A DNA stretch of 64,000 bases from Octopus sinensis. Its lineage: Eukaryota. The stretch is taken from assembly GCF_006345805.1 (NCBI RefSeq), contig NC_043000.1:148924001-148988000 (forward strand), read 5' to 3'. Made by a program: the position numbers and the translations under genes. The notes below the pieces were generated by a model. That model had not been told where the DNA came from. It did not search any database and was given only the letters and a program-made list of their open reading frames with translations. This document shows, one piece after another, positions 38,482 through 51,789 of the stretch (its first letter is position 1; each line of letters opens with the position of its first letter).

Positions 38482-40304
38482 GTTATGCTATATAAGTTCC
38501 TTTGTTTTGCTAAAAGAATTTATCATCATCATCATCATCATCATTTAACGTCTGTCGTCCATGCTGGCATGGGTTGGACAGTTTGACCATGATTGGTAAG
38601 CTGAGGTGCTGCACCAGACTTCAGTTTGATTTGGCATGGTTTTTATGGCTGGATCCCCTTCCTAACACTAACCACACCAAGAGTGTAATGGGTGCGTTTA
38701 TGTGCAACTGGCATTTATAAAATGTTGGTCAATAAACCCCTCTACAATTTCATCTAAATAAAGAAATTTATTTGTGAAGAAATTGAATATTGCCTTTGGT
38801 CACATTTCTTCAATTAGAATTTCATTCATTTGTAGGCTGCTTTATAATAATATTGAGAAGCTTCCCATACTTGACTGGTACTTTATTTAAAGACCCCTGA
38901 AGGATAAAAGGTAAAGTTAAACACAGAATATAAAGAGAGATTCATAACTAAACATCGTCTGATGCTCTAACAATTTTGTTAATCCTCTATTTGGCCATAT
39001 TTTAAGGGCAATAAGAAATCAATGTCATCAATTATAACGAATCATAGAAACCATGTCAAAGCAGACTGGAGTCTGGTGCAGCCTTCCAGCTTACCAGACC
39101 TAGTCAAGCTGTCCAACCCATGCCAGTATGGACAATGAACATTAATTGATGATGATGATAAACAAATAGTAGAAGATACTTACCCAAGATACCATTGCAT
39201 AGTATCTCAGGCTAGTGTCTTCTACTATAGCCCCAGGACAACCAAAGCAAGTGAGATAACCTTTATGTAGTTGTTCAAACTGCTAAAAATAAGCACTGAA
39301 TTTCACTCAGATCACACACTAGCATCTTAAAAAAAGAAGTTTGCATTTGATAACAGAAACCTAGATACCTCTAGATCATGACTGTAATTTATTTGACCAT
39401 AGGTCAACAGTCCTATGATCAAATAGGTCAACAGACCTATGATCAAATAGGTCAACAGAACTATGATCTGGTTTCATATGATGCAAAACACTGATTTCAT
39501 AACAAGCTACTGAAAATGTGTTCGGTTCCTTAGTTAAATATCTCTCTTAATTGGCTTCAAGTCCTATAATTTATTTGGGGTGTTGAGTTCTGGTAGGGAC
39601 AAAGAATTTCTATGACAAATATATTAGAAAATGTTTCGTTTTCAGTTATCTAGTTCATGACTATTTTCAAAATTAATGAGATCCAGATCAGTTCTAGAAT
39701 TTTCAAGAGAAGTAAATTACCCTATGAAAAGGTAAATGGAAATGTTATATAGTTAACATTTTTCATTTGGAACAATTGCCCAGAAATTGTTTAAGAAGGG
39801 TGTAGAAAGTGATTGCAGAGAATTAAGTAATTAACTGCCCAGATTCTGCTTTCAGACATAACCAATTAAGATTTCATAAGGAAAGCTATTATTCTAATGT
39901 TAGTGGAGAGAACAGACCTAATGTTTTACAGTATTTTGTTCCTTTTCTTTCAGTTTTCTGAGTTATAAGTTCAGTGAAGTCAACTTTACCCTTCATCTGT
40001 GTGTTGTGATAAAATAAGTACCAGTAATATACTGGTGTCTATGGCATTGACTATGCACCCTTTCCCTACAAAATATTGCCATATCAATCTCAGTATTAAA
40101 AATTTACATTGTTTGCATGAATTTTCAGTGACATACTTCCAGTTGACACATGCATACACTTTTGATAGACTTCTTTAGGTTTCCATCTAGCAAATCCAAT
40201 CATAAGACTTTGGTTGACCTGGGGCTATAGTAGAAGACACTAGCCTGAGATACTATGCAATGGTATCTTGGGTAAGTATCTTCTACTATTTGTTTATCAT
40301 TATC

Positions 40305-41960
40305 AGCATTTAATGTCCATTGTCCATACTGGCATGGGTTGGACAGCTTGACCAGGGCTGGCAAGCTGGAAGGCTGCACCAGACTCCGGTCTACTTTGAC
40401 ATGGTTTCTACGGCTGGATGCCTTCCCTAATGTCAACCACTCTAAGAGTGTTAAGGTTACTTTTATGTACCACTGGCATGGGTGCCATTTGTGTGACATC
40501 GGTATCTGCTATGACTTGACTGCAATTCGACTTGGCTTGATGGGTCTTCTTCTCAAGCATGACATATTGCCAAAGGTCTCAGTCATTCATCATTACCTCT
40601 GTAAGGTCCAACACTTGAAAAGAGCTTCTCACATGCCACTGGCATTGGCCACTTTGCCCCTGTGAAACCCAACACTCAAAAGGTGCTTTGACTATGGTGC
40701 TTCTACACCATTCATTGGGTATGACTCTTTCATGAATCACCTGATTTAGACCATAACCACACTGGCAGATATTTTAAGTGTCTCAGCAGTGATTCCTGAT
40801 GGGCTGGGGACTTTTTCCTGTCTTCATATCCTTAATTGCTTTATCTATCTGGGTGCTGTTCATTTGGATAGCTGGTCCCTCAATTGGGTCAACATTTGGC
40901 AGACTCTCCTCCCATTCATTCCTCACATTCAGCAGTCTTTCATAATGGTTTTTCCAAGCCTCTTTCTTTGCAGAATCACTAAATGCAAGTGCACCATCAT
41001 CCACGCGGACACATTTCTCTCATCACAATTTTCTCTCACACACTGTCTTGCAATTTGAAACGCTTCAATGTGTCTGGCACCAGCCAGTCTATGCCTTCAA
41101 CTCCACCAGACGCCTGCTTACATTGTTTCTGTATGAATATCACACGACCAACAGACCAAAGTTCAAAGACCATGCTTCACCACCACGTCCCATGTCTTCC
41201 TGGGTCCACCTGTACTACAGGTTCTCTCCACAGTTAGAGATCAGTACTTCTTTACGCGCAATGGCCCAGTGGTTAGGGCAGCGGACTCGTGGTCATAGGA
41301 TCGCGGTTTCGATTCCCAGACCGGGCGTTGTGAGTGTTTATTGAGCGAAAACACCTAAAGCTCCACAAGGCTCCGGCAGGGGATGGTGGTGATCCCTGCT
41401 GTACTCTTTCACCACAACTTTCTCTCACTCTTACTTCCTGTTTCTGTTGTACCTGTATTTCAAAGGGCTGGCCTTGTCACTCTCTGTGTCACGCTGAATA
41501 TCCCCGAGAACTACGTTAAGGGTACACGTGTCTGTGGAATGCTCAGCCACTTACACTTTAATTTCACGAGCAGGCTGTTCCGTTGATCGGATCAACCGGA
41601 ACCCTTGTCGTCGTAACCGACGGAGTGCTTCCAGGTAAAAAAAAAACACAGCTGCCCTCGTCTATACACATCACATGTCCATACCAGCATAGTAATCTCT
41701 CTTGCACACCACAGCTGATTCCTCTTATGCCCAACTTTTCTCCCAAGATGTTTACACTCTGTCAAACATGCACACTGACATTGCACATTCAGCGAAACAT
41801 ACTGGTTTCATTTCTTTTGAGCCTACACATGTCCTCTAAACACCACCAGACTGTACGTCAGCTTTGCCTACAAAATCAGTCCAGCCTAACCAAGAAGTCA
41901 CTCACACATCTTTGTTGTAACCTGTTATTTTATTTGGTGTATGGCAATCATTGTCTTTAA
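40305..41960 (-). mobile_element. Scrambled RTE LINE fragments (interrupted by a SINE)
   Basis: Minus-strand pieces homologous to about 53850-54250, 52460-52730 (MDDGALAFSDSAKKEAWKNHYERLLN) and the 3'UTR, out of canonical order. Confidence 0.85.
41256..41633 (+). mobile_element. SINE family B (long-tail variant) inside RTE fragments
   Basis: Head gcgcaatggcccagtggttagggcagcggac, tail ..cgacggagtgcttcca. Confidence 0.9.
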
Positions 41961-42114
41961 TAACGGAGAATAAATCGTCTCTTACCAGTTTATTTCATCT
42001 CAAGTTATATATCCTTTCCACATTTCCCTCATTTATCGTCTATGTTATATATCTAAGAATCTTTTATCAAGTTATGTGTCAAACATAATTTTAATTTATC
42101 GATAAATAAAAAAT

Positions 42115-42530
42115 CAGGAGTGGCTATGTGGTAAGTAGCTTGCTAACCAACCACATGGTTCCAGGTTCAGTCCCACTGCGTGGCATCTCGGGCAAGTGTC
42201 TTCTGCTATAGCCCCGGGCCGACCAATGCCTTGTGAGTGGATTTGGTAGACGGAAACTGAAAGAAGCCTGTCGTATATATGTATATATATATATATATGT
42301 GTGCGTGTATATGTTTGTGTGTCTGTGTTTGTCCCCCTAGCATTGCTTGACAACCGATGCTGGTGTGTTTACGTCCCCGTCACTTAGCGGTTCGGCAAAA
42401 GAGACCGATAGAATAAGTACTGGGCTTACAAAGAATAAGTCCCGGGGTCGATTTGCTCGACTAAAGGCGGTGCTCCAGCATGGCCGCAGTGTCAAATGAC
42501 TGAAACAAGTAAAAGAGTAAAAGAGAGTAA
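42115..42530 (+). mobile_element. SINE family A
   Basis: Full-length match. Confidence 0.92.
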
Positions 42531-43256
42531 AGACTTGTTTTAGGAAAAATATCTAAGTTCATATTCATTTTAAAATTTAATCGAAGAACATAGGATGTAT
42601 AGTTTAGAAATATAATTATAAGGCAGTTAAATTTTTTTAATGAAATATCGTGAGATTACATAATGAGCTGAATATGAAATGACCTGATTGTGAGGCAGGC
42701 TATGAATGCCTGGCAAAAACTGGTTTAAAACTTTCTTGTGGGGGAAAAGGCTTGGAAAAATTGGGCCGCACCTTGTAAGCACATGTGTCTTATTAACCAT
42801 CAAATATGGTATAAATTTTCACTGCAAACATGTGCATCCACTCATAGGCAAACAGAAGCGGATATACCGAAACAAAATATGAACACACACACACTCATTG
42901 ACTAACGTACTTATACAGATTCACAGACTGCTACACATATATTGACAGACGTGCAGACACAAACCCATACATACACATGCACAAATCTTCATTGATATCT
43001 GTCTCTGGCAGGAAGCTCAGATTAATGGAAAGTCAGTCAACTTTAAGAACAGCAGTAATTTGTGTGTGTGTGTGTGTATATATCAGCCGAAATTGCGAAG
43101 ATGATCCGGTTCTTGACTGAAGATTGAAGGCTTCGAATGTCCCGTCCGTGTTTTTTGTATCGTCTTCTAAATGTTTTATGTTCTTGTCCCATTTTGTATT
43201 TTTATATATAAATATAGCAGCGTACGTACACCTTGTTTTATATGTAAGTACACATT

Positions 43257-43259
<3 letters not shown>

Positions 43260-43287
<28 letters not shown>

Positions 43288-43313
43288 TTCACTATATATA
43301 TATATATTTATAT

Positions 43314-43354
<41 letters not shown>

Positions 43355-43492
43355 AAGAATTTTATATGTATAGATTAAGCACATGTATTAGATGTTAACT
43401 TAAGGGTTAATATGTAACTGTAAATACCTTGCAACTACATACATACATACATGCATGCATACATACATACATACATACATACATACATACAA
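43260..43492. repeat. (TA)n and (TACA)n microsatellites
   Basis: Direct reading of the sequence. Confidence 0.9.
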
Positions 43493-43961
43493 CAAATGAA
43501 AGACAAGATGGAATATACAAGAATATATTATTAATCACAACAATTGTTTCGACACATCTGGCATCGACTCCTCTTGTGGGACACAAAAACTGGTTCAGGA
43601 GTATCCAGTGGTGCAGACGTATCTCATTGGGTGATAAATAGATAAAAAAAAAACTCATTAAAATGACTTCCATAATGCAGCTTTCATTTTTAATATAGAT
43701 ACATTGTTTCCCCCCCCCCCCCAGCACATTTTTGGAGGTGACTGAAAGGGCTGGCATCAGGCATGACACCAGGCCATAAGACACTGCCACAAAGTGTCCT
43801 ATCCAACTCATGCCAGCATTGAAAAAAACCAAACATAAAAATGATTATGATGACAGTGATGATGATGAGGAGGAGGAGGATGTTGTACAAGCACTCAGCT
43901 CTGAGAGCACTGCTTCTTATAGTAGAAACAACTATAAGCTAATGAAAGATTACTGAAAGAT

Positions 43962-44379
43962 AGGCGCAGGAGTGGCTGTGTGGTAAGTAGCTTGCTTACC
44001 AACCACATGGTTCTGGGTTCAGTCCCACTGCGTGGCATCTTGGGCAAGTGTCTTCTGCTATAGCCCCGGGCCGACCAATGCCTTGTGAGTGGATTTGGTA
44101 GACGGAAACTGAAAGAAGCCTGTCGTATATATATATATATATATATATATGCGTGTGTGTGTTTGTGCGTCTGTGTTTGTTCCCCTAGCATTGCTTGACA
44201 ACTGATGTTGGTGTGTGTTTATGTCCCCGTCACTTAGCGGTTCAGCAAAAGAGACCGATAGAATAAGTACTGGGCTTACAAAAGAATAAGTCCCGGGGTC
44301 GAGTTGCTCGATTAAAGGCGGTGCTTCAGCATGGCCGCAGTCAAATGACTGAAACAAGTAAAAGAGAGTAAAAGAGAGT
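43962..44379 (+). mobile_element. SINE family A
   Basis: Full-length match. Confidence 0.92.
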
Positions 44380-44908
44380 ATTACATTACTCCTATTCTTT
44401 TGTCATTCATTAATTGATATTATGCTCTCTTCTCTCCTAATGCATTCCTAAGCATAAGTATATTGAGTTCTAATAACTGGTTATTTGTATCGCTATGCCT
44501 TAGTGAAATCACACACACACACACACAGACAATAAAATTGCAGTACATACAAGCACATATTGTTGCTCCCCTCTCACCACTATCTTTAAGACATAATCTA
44601 TAAGTGCGAGTTAAAAAAAAAAAATCAATTATTGTTAGAGAAAATGACCTGAAACAGCATGTTCCAAATAAATACATAATAATAGGAAAAAATCTATTGA
44701 GGAACACCTACACTAAATTGACAGAACTATGTCATAATGACAGATATGAATATAAACTGTAACCTACATTAGCAACTCAAGCAAGAAAAGGTTAGAGGTC
44801 AAATTATCCAGTTTTAGGGTGGAGTACCTTAAAGGTAATTAGAAATTCCTTAAAAAAATAACAGTTATTATATTAATGAAAAACAATACATAAGTATGAA
44901 AGATAATA

Positions 44909-45295
44909 TCTTTATATATAAAAGTATGGTTGTGTGTCTGTCTACTCCTATTTAGATTCCTAACTACTCCCACATTTTGCGGTGCAGTTTAACTAAAACC
45001 GGGTATCTTATAGTCGTGATTCATATCGAGCCCTTCTGGGTATTAGCGCGCGTCTACGATGAGTCTACGATTTTAAAAATAATTTACCATCATTTTTTCC
45101 CATTTTAATGCATTTTTTTCGCTATTATATAAGGGAAGTAACTCTCTAAAAATGTCTACGATGAGTCAACGATTTAAAAAAAAATTTACCATAATTTTTT
45201 TTCCATTTTTAATGCATTTTTTTGCTATAACTCTCTAAAAATGCTTTATAGTTATTTCCCTTACAAACCCGAGCAACGCCGGGCGATACTGCTAG
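44909..45295 (+). mobile_element. Non-autonomous Helitron (second copy)
   Basis: Closely similar to 26442-26829, with the same termini (TC ... cccgagcaacgccgggcgatactgCTAG|T). Confidence 0.85.
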
Positions 45296-45589
45296 TAAAG
45301 TATATATTTCATGTTTCTCAGGTTCATAAGTAAAAAACTAACGAGTCCTTCTTTAGAGATTACACTCTCTGTGAAGTTCAGTTTCATTAGGATTGTAATG
45401 GTGAAAAGTTAATTTCAGACAAAATAAGATATGAAGTCTCTGTCTTATGTTAGGCGTGTAGATTAATCCTCTTGCCTATTGTTTAAGACAAGTTTTGAAG
45501 TTTTTTAATTGATAAATGAAGGAGATGAGAGAGGACCAAGATATGTGGTATATTTCTGTATTTGAGAAGGCCTACCCACTACAACAGAA

Positions 45590-45872
45590 GGGCGATCTTA
45601 AAACCAAGGTGCCATGTAAAAAGCATTGGTGTGGGTGCTAGTGCCACATGAAAAGCACTACTGCTGATGCCATTTAGAAAGCACTGGTGATGGTGCCATG
45701 TAAAAAGCACCTGGTACACTCTGTAGAGTGGGTGGCATTTGGAAGAGCATCCACCTGTAGAAACCAAACCAAAACAGACTATAGGACCTAGCCCCTGACC
45801 TTGTCAGTTCCTGTCAAATCATCCAACCAATGCCAGCATTGAAAACGGACATTAAATGATAATGATGATGAT
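45590..45872 (+). mobile_element. Older RTE 3'UTR tail
   Basis: Diverged copy with three degenerate modules and a (tga)n tail. Confidence 0.75.
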
Positions 45873-45949
45873 AGAAAAACAAAGTTGGACTCCATAACAT
45901 GTTTCTAGTTGCCATCCATTTCATTAATATATGCAAGAAACAGCAGGGG

Positions 45950-46780
45950 AGCAAGCACTAGTCACTTGGGCCTCTTTACCATAGGCCATTTGTGTGACAC
46001 AAAATTAAAGCCTTTGGTGAAGTCGAGATTGATCACATCCACCCATGAATCATCATCTGTGATTTGGGAGATGTCTTAAAGAATTCGATGAGTTGGCCAC
46101 ACAGAGTATCGAATAAAGTTATGAGAGTTCCAGAGTGTTTCTTTGACATAGGATTTTGGTAATACAGTTAGTGAAAGTGGCTGGTCAATAATTGACAGGT
46201 GATATGTGAATGCATTTTTTGAAGAGAGGAATAATGCTGGTAATTTTCAAGTGTTTTGGAGTAACACATTAATAAAGTCAGAATTGGAAGAGGAGTGGTA
46301 ATAGTTTCAGGAGCAGTGGTAAATAACAACTCCAAATTGTTGTTCTCTCTTGTGAAGGAGGTGATTTCTTGAGACCAGTTCACATCCTGCACTAAATCAA
46401 GAAAACCATTTGCATTTTTCTGTCAGTAAATGGTTTCTCAGTCAATCTCTGGGGAGTTGAAATCACCAGTAATGGAAACATAGATGGGTATTTTCTTAGA
46501 TGTAGCTTCAAGAATGTCAAAAAGCTGTGTGTCTTGGTGGTTGTTTGGGGAATTGTAAACAACTCAAAGTAAGTGTTGATATGCTTATACGGATGTTGCA
46601 GAAAAATAGCTCTTGTTGCAATTGGTTCAAATCATCTCATTGGTGAATGAAATTTGTTGTCAGCTATGCTAAAAACACCGCAACAGAATAAAGAATGTGT
46701 CTGGGTTTCTGTGACTAATGCAATTAATTTTAGCTCTTTCAACTAAGAGTTAAAAAGTGAACTTTGTTTGCATAAACTGT
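45950..46780 (-). mobile_element. Highly decayed CR1-like APE/RT remnants
   Basis: Minus-strand VDVINLDFTKGFNFVSH (RT motif) and VYNSPN / LVTET-like APE remnants. Confidence 0.6.
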
Positions 46781-47680
46781 AGGCATTTAAAAACTAATTT
46801 GTATTTGGATTTAAGACTATCATGATTCATAGGGGATTGTGTATTGCTCTTATTTAGTTTCCTGGAACTTTTCATTGCTGCCCTTTACAGGTTCAATATC
46901 CTCAGACCAGCTAGCATCCCTTTCTTGTGCCTTGACAAATTTCTGTGTCTGTTTATTATTGCATAAGCTAAAGCTCACATGTGCTGCTGTGTTATGATTG
47001 AAGGATGCTATAATATTAACTTCAAGCTTATGTAACAGATGTATGTCACTGATATACGCAATGAATTCTGCAGTTGCTAGTATTAATAATAGATTAAGTA
47101 AACTTTGTGGAACAGTGTGATATGCACCAAGTGAATCAAGAGAAGAAATAAGTTATTTCTTAAAGATTTTATTTTTCTGTCAATTTGTTATTAGGAACAG
47201 TATACTGTTTCACAGTGGTAGAGGGGTGCTAGTATTGACATGATTTGCACACTTGGTAGTATTTGTGTCAGCTGTAGATGTTAGAAAGATAAAGGTGTAC
47301 TAGAGAGAGAAATGTGTAGCATCTAAAAGCAAAAACAAACTGTCTTAGAATATTTGGAGTAGGCATCCTCCCCACACAAGGTGTCAGGTGAGAAATGGAG
47401 GCATATTTCCTCCAGTGAATGCTGGATACCAAGAGCAAGGTGCTCTTTCAGTGTGGTGCCAGATGAAAGAGGAAGAATTTTATTTGGTATTCTATATTAA
47501 TAAATGTTGAAAGTTGGATGCAAGTCTATATCAATACATGTTGAAAGTTGGAAGGTAAATAGAAAGATTAAGAACTGTGTTGTTGCACAATGAAAGGCCA
47601 CACTTGAAGTGAGAAAGAGAGATACTCTCTGACCAGCAGCCAAGGGACCAAAGAGAAAGAACTGACTTTTGGTTGCATAT

Positions 47681-48096
47681 AGGCGCAGGAGTGGCTGTGT
47701 GGTAAGTAGCTTGCTAACCAACCACATGGTTCCGGGTTCAGTCCCACTGCATGGCATCTTGGGCAAGTGTCTTCTGCTATAGCCTCGGGCCAACCAAAGC
47801 CTTATGAGTGGATTTGGTAGACGGAAACTGAAAGAAGCCTGTCGTATATATGTATATATATATATATGTATGTGTATGTATGTGTGTTTGTGTGTCTGTG
47901 TTTGTCCCCCTAGCATTGCTTGACATCCGATGCTGGTGTGTTTACATCCCCGTCACTTAGCGGTTCGGCAAAAGAGACCGATAGAATAAGTACTGGGCTT
48001 ACAAAGAATAAGTCCTGGGGTTGATTTGCTCAACTAAAGGCGGTGCTCCAGCATGGCTGCAGTCAAACGACTGAAACAAATAAAAGAGTAAAGAGT
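47681..48096 (+). mobile_element. SINE family A
   Basis: Full-length match. Confidence 0.92.
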
Positions 48097-48677
48097 ATAT
48101 TCATATTCTTCCTAACTAAATTAGGTCAGGCCAATCAAAGGATTTTTTCTCTGTACAAGCTTTGACCCAGGTTTAACTCAAAAAGATTAAGAGGTCAGTT
48201 TACTGCCCCAAATTTCCTAATGCAACAGATGAAACCAGTAGGCAGAGAAATTTTTATGAAAATGTGGATTTGGTTTCACATCCTGGCTTTGAAATTTAGT
48301 AGTTATTCGCAACCGATGTATTGCCAGTAAATGCCTGGCCTGTTTATCAGTAATTTCCTCAGAGACACAAGTAGTAATTATATCATGTGTGACAGAATGT
48401 TTGACAGTATTGGTGGGGGAAAACACAGACTAGGCACTGAAGAGACGGTTTAATAGTTGGACCATTTCTCAGACCCCATCCATCACAAAATCTTAGTGTG
48501 CCAATTTTTGACCTGGGATCTCCAAGAGTTAATGAAGGCAAATAGAAGTATGAAATTTGCCGCATTCAACCCATCTATTTTGAAAAGAGTTCAAGTTTAG
48601 CGCATAAATAGCAGACGTGATTCTCATGGCACGTCTGTATTTTAGAATGGCAACCAGTTTTGCTGCATAGTTCACCT

Positions 48678-49067
48678 GGATGGTGGAAGCACTCCGTTGG
48701 TTATGACGACGAGGGTTCCGGTTGATCCGAATCAACGGAACAGCCTGCTCGTGAAATTAACGTGTAAGTGGCTGAGCACTCCACAGACACATGCACCCTT
48801 AATGTAGTTCTCAGGGATATTCAGCGTGACACAGAGAGTGACAAGGCCGGCCCTTTGAAATACAGGTACAACAGAAACAGGAAGTAAGAGTGAGAGAAAG
48901 TTGTGGTGAAAGAGTACAGCAGGGATCACCACCATCCCCTGCCGGAGCCTTGTGGAGCTTTAGGTGTTTTCGCTCAATAAACACTCACAACACCCGGTCT
49001 GGGAATCGAAACCGCAATCCTATGGCCGCGAGTCCGCTGCCCTAACCACTGGACCATTGCGCCTCCC
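48678..49067 (-). mobile_element. SINE family B (long-tail variant) with 10-bp TSD
   Basis: Reverse match to 41256-41633; TSD tagttcacct at 48668-48677 and 49068-49077. Confidence 0.9.
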
Positions 49068-49464
49068 TAGTTCACCTACACACACACATACACATGAAAC
49101 CACGGCAATTTTATCCTATTTATCCTTCCGTACAACTGCAAAAAAATAACACACAAAGAAAAACAAACAAAACGAAAACGTCTCACATTTGAATGCTTGT
49201 TAAACAGATTAGATATAATGAAAAATTTTCCTGAATAATGTATAAGTGTATATGCAAACAACTCTGTTTACACACATATATATGTTAAGAAGGAAAGTAG
49301 TATATACTAGAACTGAAGTATATTTTTAGAATATATGCAGTCCACTGCGCAGACAAATTGAGTGCCTATATAAGTTAATTAGAGGATATATTAATCTCTT
49401 AAAGGAATGACTACACACACATACACATATATATGTATGTGTGTGTGTGTGTATATATATATAC

Positions 49465-49495
<31 letters not shown>

Positions 49496-49649
49496 TACAT
49501 ACATATATACGTGTGGATGCATTCGTGTATTGTGTGTATACACAGAAACTTGTGTGTATATAATTGCTTAAAAGGATCTGTGATGTAATCGCAATGGTAG
49601 CTGTAATGTCTGACACATGAGGCGATAGTTATATACATTCATTATAATT

Positions 49650-50110
49650 AAGAGGTGTGCTCATTAAAGATTTTTTCCTGACCCACTTCCGGTATAATGA
49701 TAAATGTCTCTACATGTCACATTGCTGAAATGAACTGAGATGTTGTAATGGACACAGTTGAATGCAGATCAGTGATCAGGTTCTTATGCTTGAAAGGTCA
49801 TACACCAAAAGAGACATTCGATGAGATGAAAGAAGTTTATGGCGACGATGCACCATCATACGATGTAGTCAAGCACTGGCATTGTCAGTTCAAATGTCGT
49901 TGGATATCGTTGGAAACGGATCCTATTCCAGGACGACCTTCGTTTGAAATATGTGTGTGTATAAAATTATTTTCGTTTGAAGCCGTTATTTGGAGGATTG
50001 CAGCATAACTATTCGGCATCTGGTCCAAGAAGTGAAGGTAAGTACAGGGTCTGTGGAAAAAATCATCCACGACCATTTGCACATGCAGAAGTTGTCTGTA
50101 CGATGGATTC
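49650..50110 (+). mobile_element. Mariner transposon 5' fragment (N-terminal HTH domains)
   Basis: MDTVECRSVIRFLCLKGHTPKETFDEMKEVYGDDAPSYDVVKHWHCQFK..GRPS and ITIRHLVQEVKVSTGSVEKIIHDHLHMQKLSVRWIP are typical mariner HTH1/HTH2-WVPH segments. No catalytic domain. Confidence 0.85.
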
Positions 50111-50141
50111 CCCTTAGTGACTTGACAAAAGGGACCGATAG

Positions 50142-50915
50142 GGATCTTTTCCGTTTGAACGGCACTTTTCAACACAATTTCTAGTTAACTAAACACTTTT
50201 AAACTTCGTATACTGGTAGAATGTGTCAAAATAAAACATTTTTTTCTCTTGGCTTTCTTGAGAAAATCGTAATTTGTTTATTTAACGTAGTTTAATTTTT
50301 CGAATTTTAACCAATCCTATTACCTCTATTTAGCTAAAATCATTTGCTGCGTCTAAAACTGAGACAACATCCTGTAACTAACCCTAAACCTCCCCCTAAT
50401 CCTAAATTTTAGCCTTTCGGTTTTTTTTTCTTAATTGTTAAATTAATTTAAGGATAACAATTAAGAAAAAAAAACGAAAGGCTAAAATGAAAGCAATGGA
50501 AAATAATTTTAATTTAACAATTAAGAAAAAAATAAACAAAAGGCTAAAACGGAAGCAAAAACTCAAAACAAAAACAAAACGAAAAATTTTAGACACGTGT
50601 AACAAATAAATTAATTTAACAATTAAGAAAAAAAAACCGAAAGGCTAAAATTTAGGGTTAGGGTGAGGATTAGGGTTAGTGACAGGATGTTGTCTCAGTT
50701 TTAGATGCAGCAAATGATTTTAGCTAAATAGAAGGCATAGGATTGGTTGAAATTCGAAAAATTAAACTTCGTTAAACTTACAAATTACAATTTTCTCAAG
50801 AAAGCTAAGAGAAAAAAATGTTTTATTTTGACACATTCTACCAGTATACGAAGTTTAAAAGTGTTTAGTTAACTAGAAATTGTGTTGAAAAGTGCCGTTC
50901 AAAAGGAAAAGATCC
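50142..50915. mobile_element. Fold-back MITE with about 309-bp TIRs and 8-bp TSD
   Basis: Ends GGATCTTTTCC...GGAAAAGATCC, TSD accgatag (50134-50141, 50916-50923), arms 50142-50450 and 50607-50915. Inserted into an old SINE tail. Confidence 0.92.
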
Positions 50916-51306
50916 ACCGATAGAACAAGTACCGGACTTTACAAAGAAATAAGCAGTGGGGTCAATAAGTTTGACTAAAAGGTGGTGTCCCAGCATGGCC
51001 AGAGTCTAATGAAAAAAAAAAATTAAGTGTGTTAAAAGAATATTCAGTTAATGTTTACAATATTACTCGGACACGAAAAAAAATTATATATATAGCGCAA
51101 TAATAAAAAAAGTGTAGGAAACAAATATGGAAACAAAAATGCGGAGAAAGCGACGGATCGTGGGAGGACTTCGGAAAAGATTACAATTATAAAAAAATTT
51201 GTGGGTAAAATATTTTTCAAGTCGAATCAAGCCACAATCATTGTATTACAAACTCTTAAGATATAGTCATCCTAGAATGTAGAACATTCCGTTTTATATA
51301 CGCTTC

Positions 51307-51702
51307 AGGCGCAGGAGTGGCTGTGTGGTAAGTAGCTTGCTAACCAACCACATGGTTCCGGGTTCAGTCCCGCTGCGTGACATCTTGGGCAAGTGTCTTC
51401 TGCTATAGCCCCGGGCCGACCAATGCCTTGTGAGTGGATTTGGTAGACGGAAACCGAAAGAAGCCTGTCGTATATATATATATATGTGTGTTTGTGTGTC
51501 TGTGTTTGTCTCCCTAGCATTGCTTGACAACCAATGCTGGTGTGCTTACGTCCCCGTCACTTAGCGGTTCGGCAAAAGAGACCGGTAGAATAAGTACTGG
51601 GCTTACAAAGAATAAGTCCCGGGGTCGATTTGCTCGACTAAAGGCGGTGCTCCAGCATGGCCTCAGTCAAATGACTGAAACAAGTAAAAGAGTAAAGAGA
51701 GT
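51307..51702 (+). mobile_element. SINE family A
   Basis: Full-length match. Confidence 0.92.
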
Positions 51703-51789
51703 TCATATATATAATCTATAAGCATTCAGGAATCACAAGGTTAAAATTATTGTTGCTTATGCTACAAACCCTAGCAAGACGAAGCAAAT

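Noticed and set aside
43080-43260. Hammerhead ribozyme in a microsatellite-flanked, possibly Penelope-like fragment (CTGAAGA..GAA)
   Set aside because: The GAAA core and stems I and III could not be completed; at most a degenerate remnant.
47497-47916. Recurrent MLGGQT..RQASFSFRLPNPLTRHW ORFs (also 7158, 21552, 27258, 35047, 43895, 51294)
   Set aside because: Antisense translations of SINE family A.
50652-50679. Interstitial telomere (TTAGGG-like)
   Set aside because: Only a few degenerate units, mirrored inside both TIRs of a MITE.
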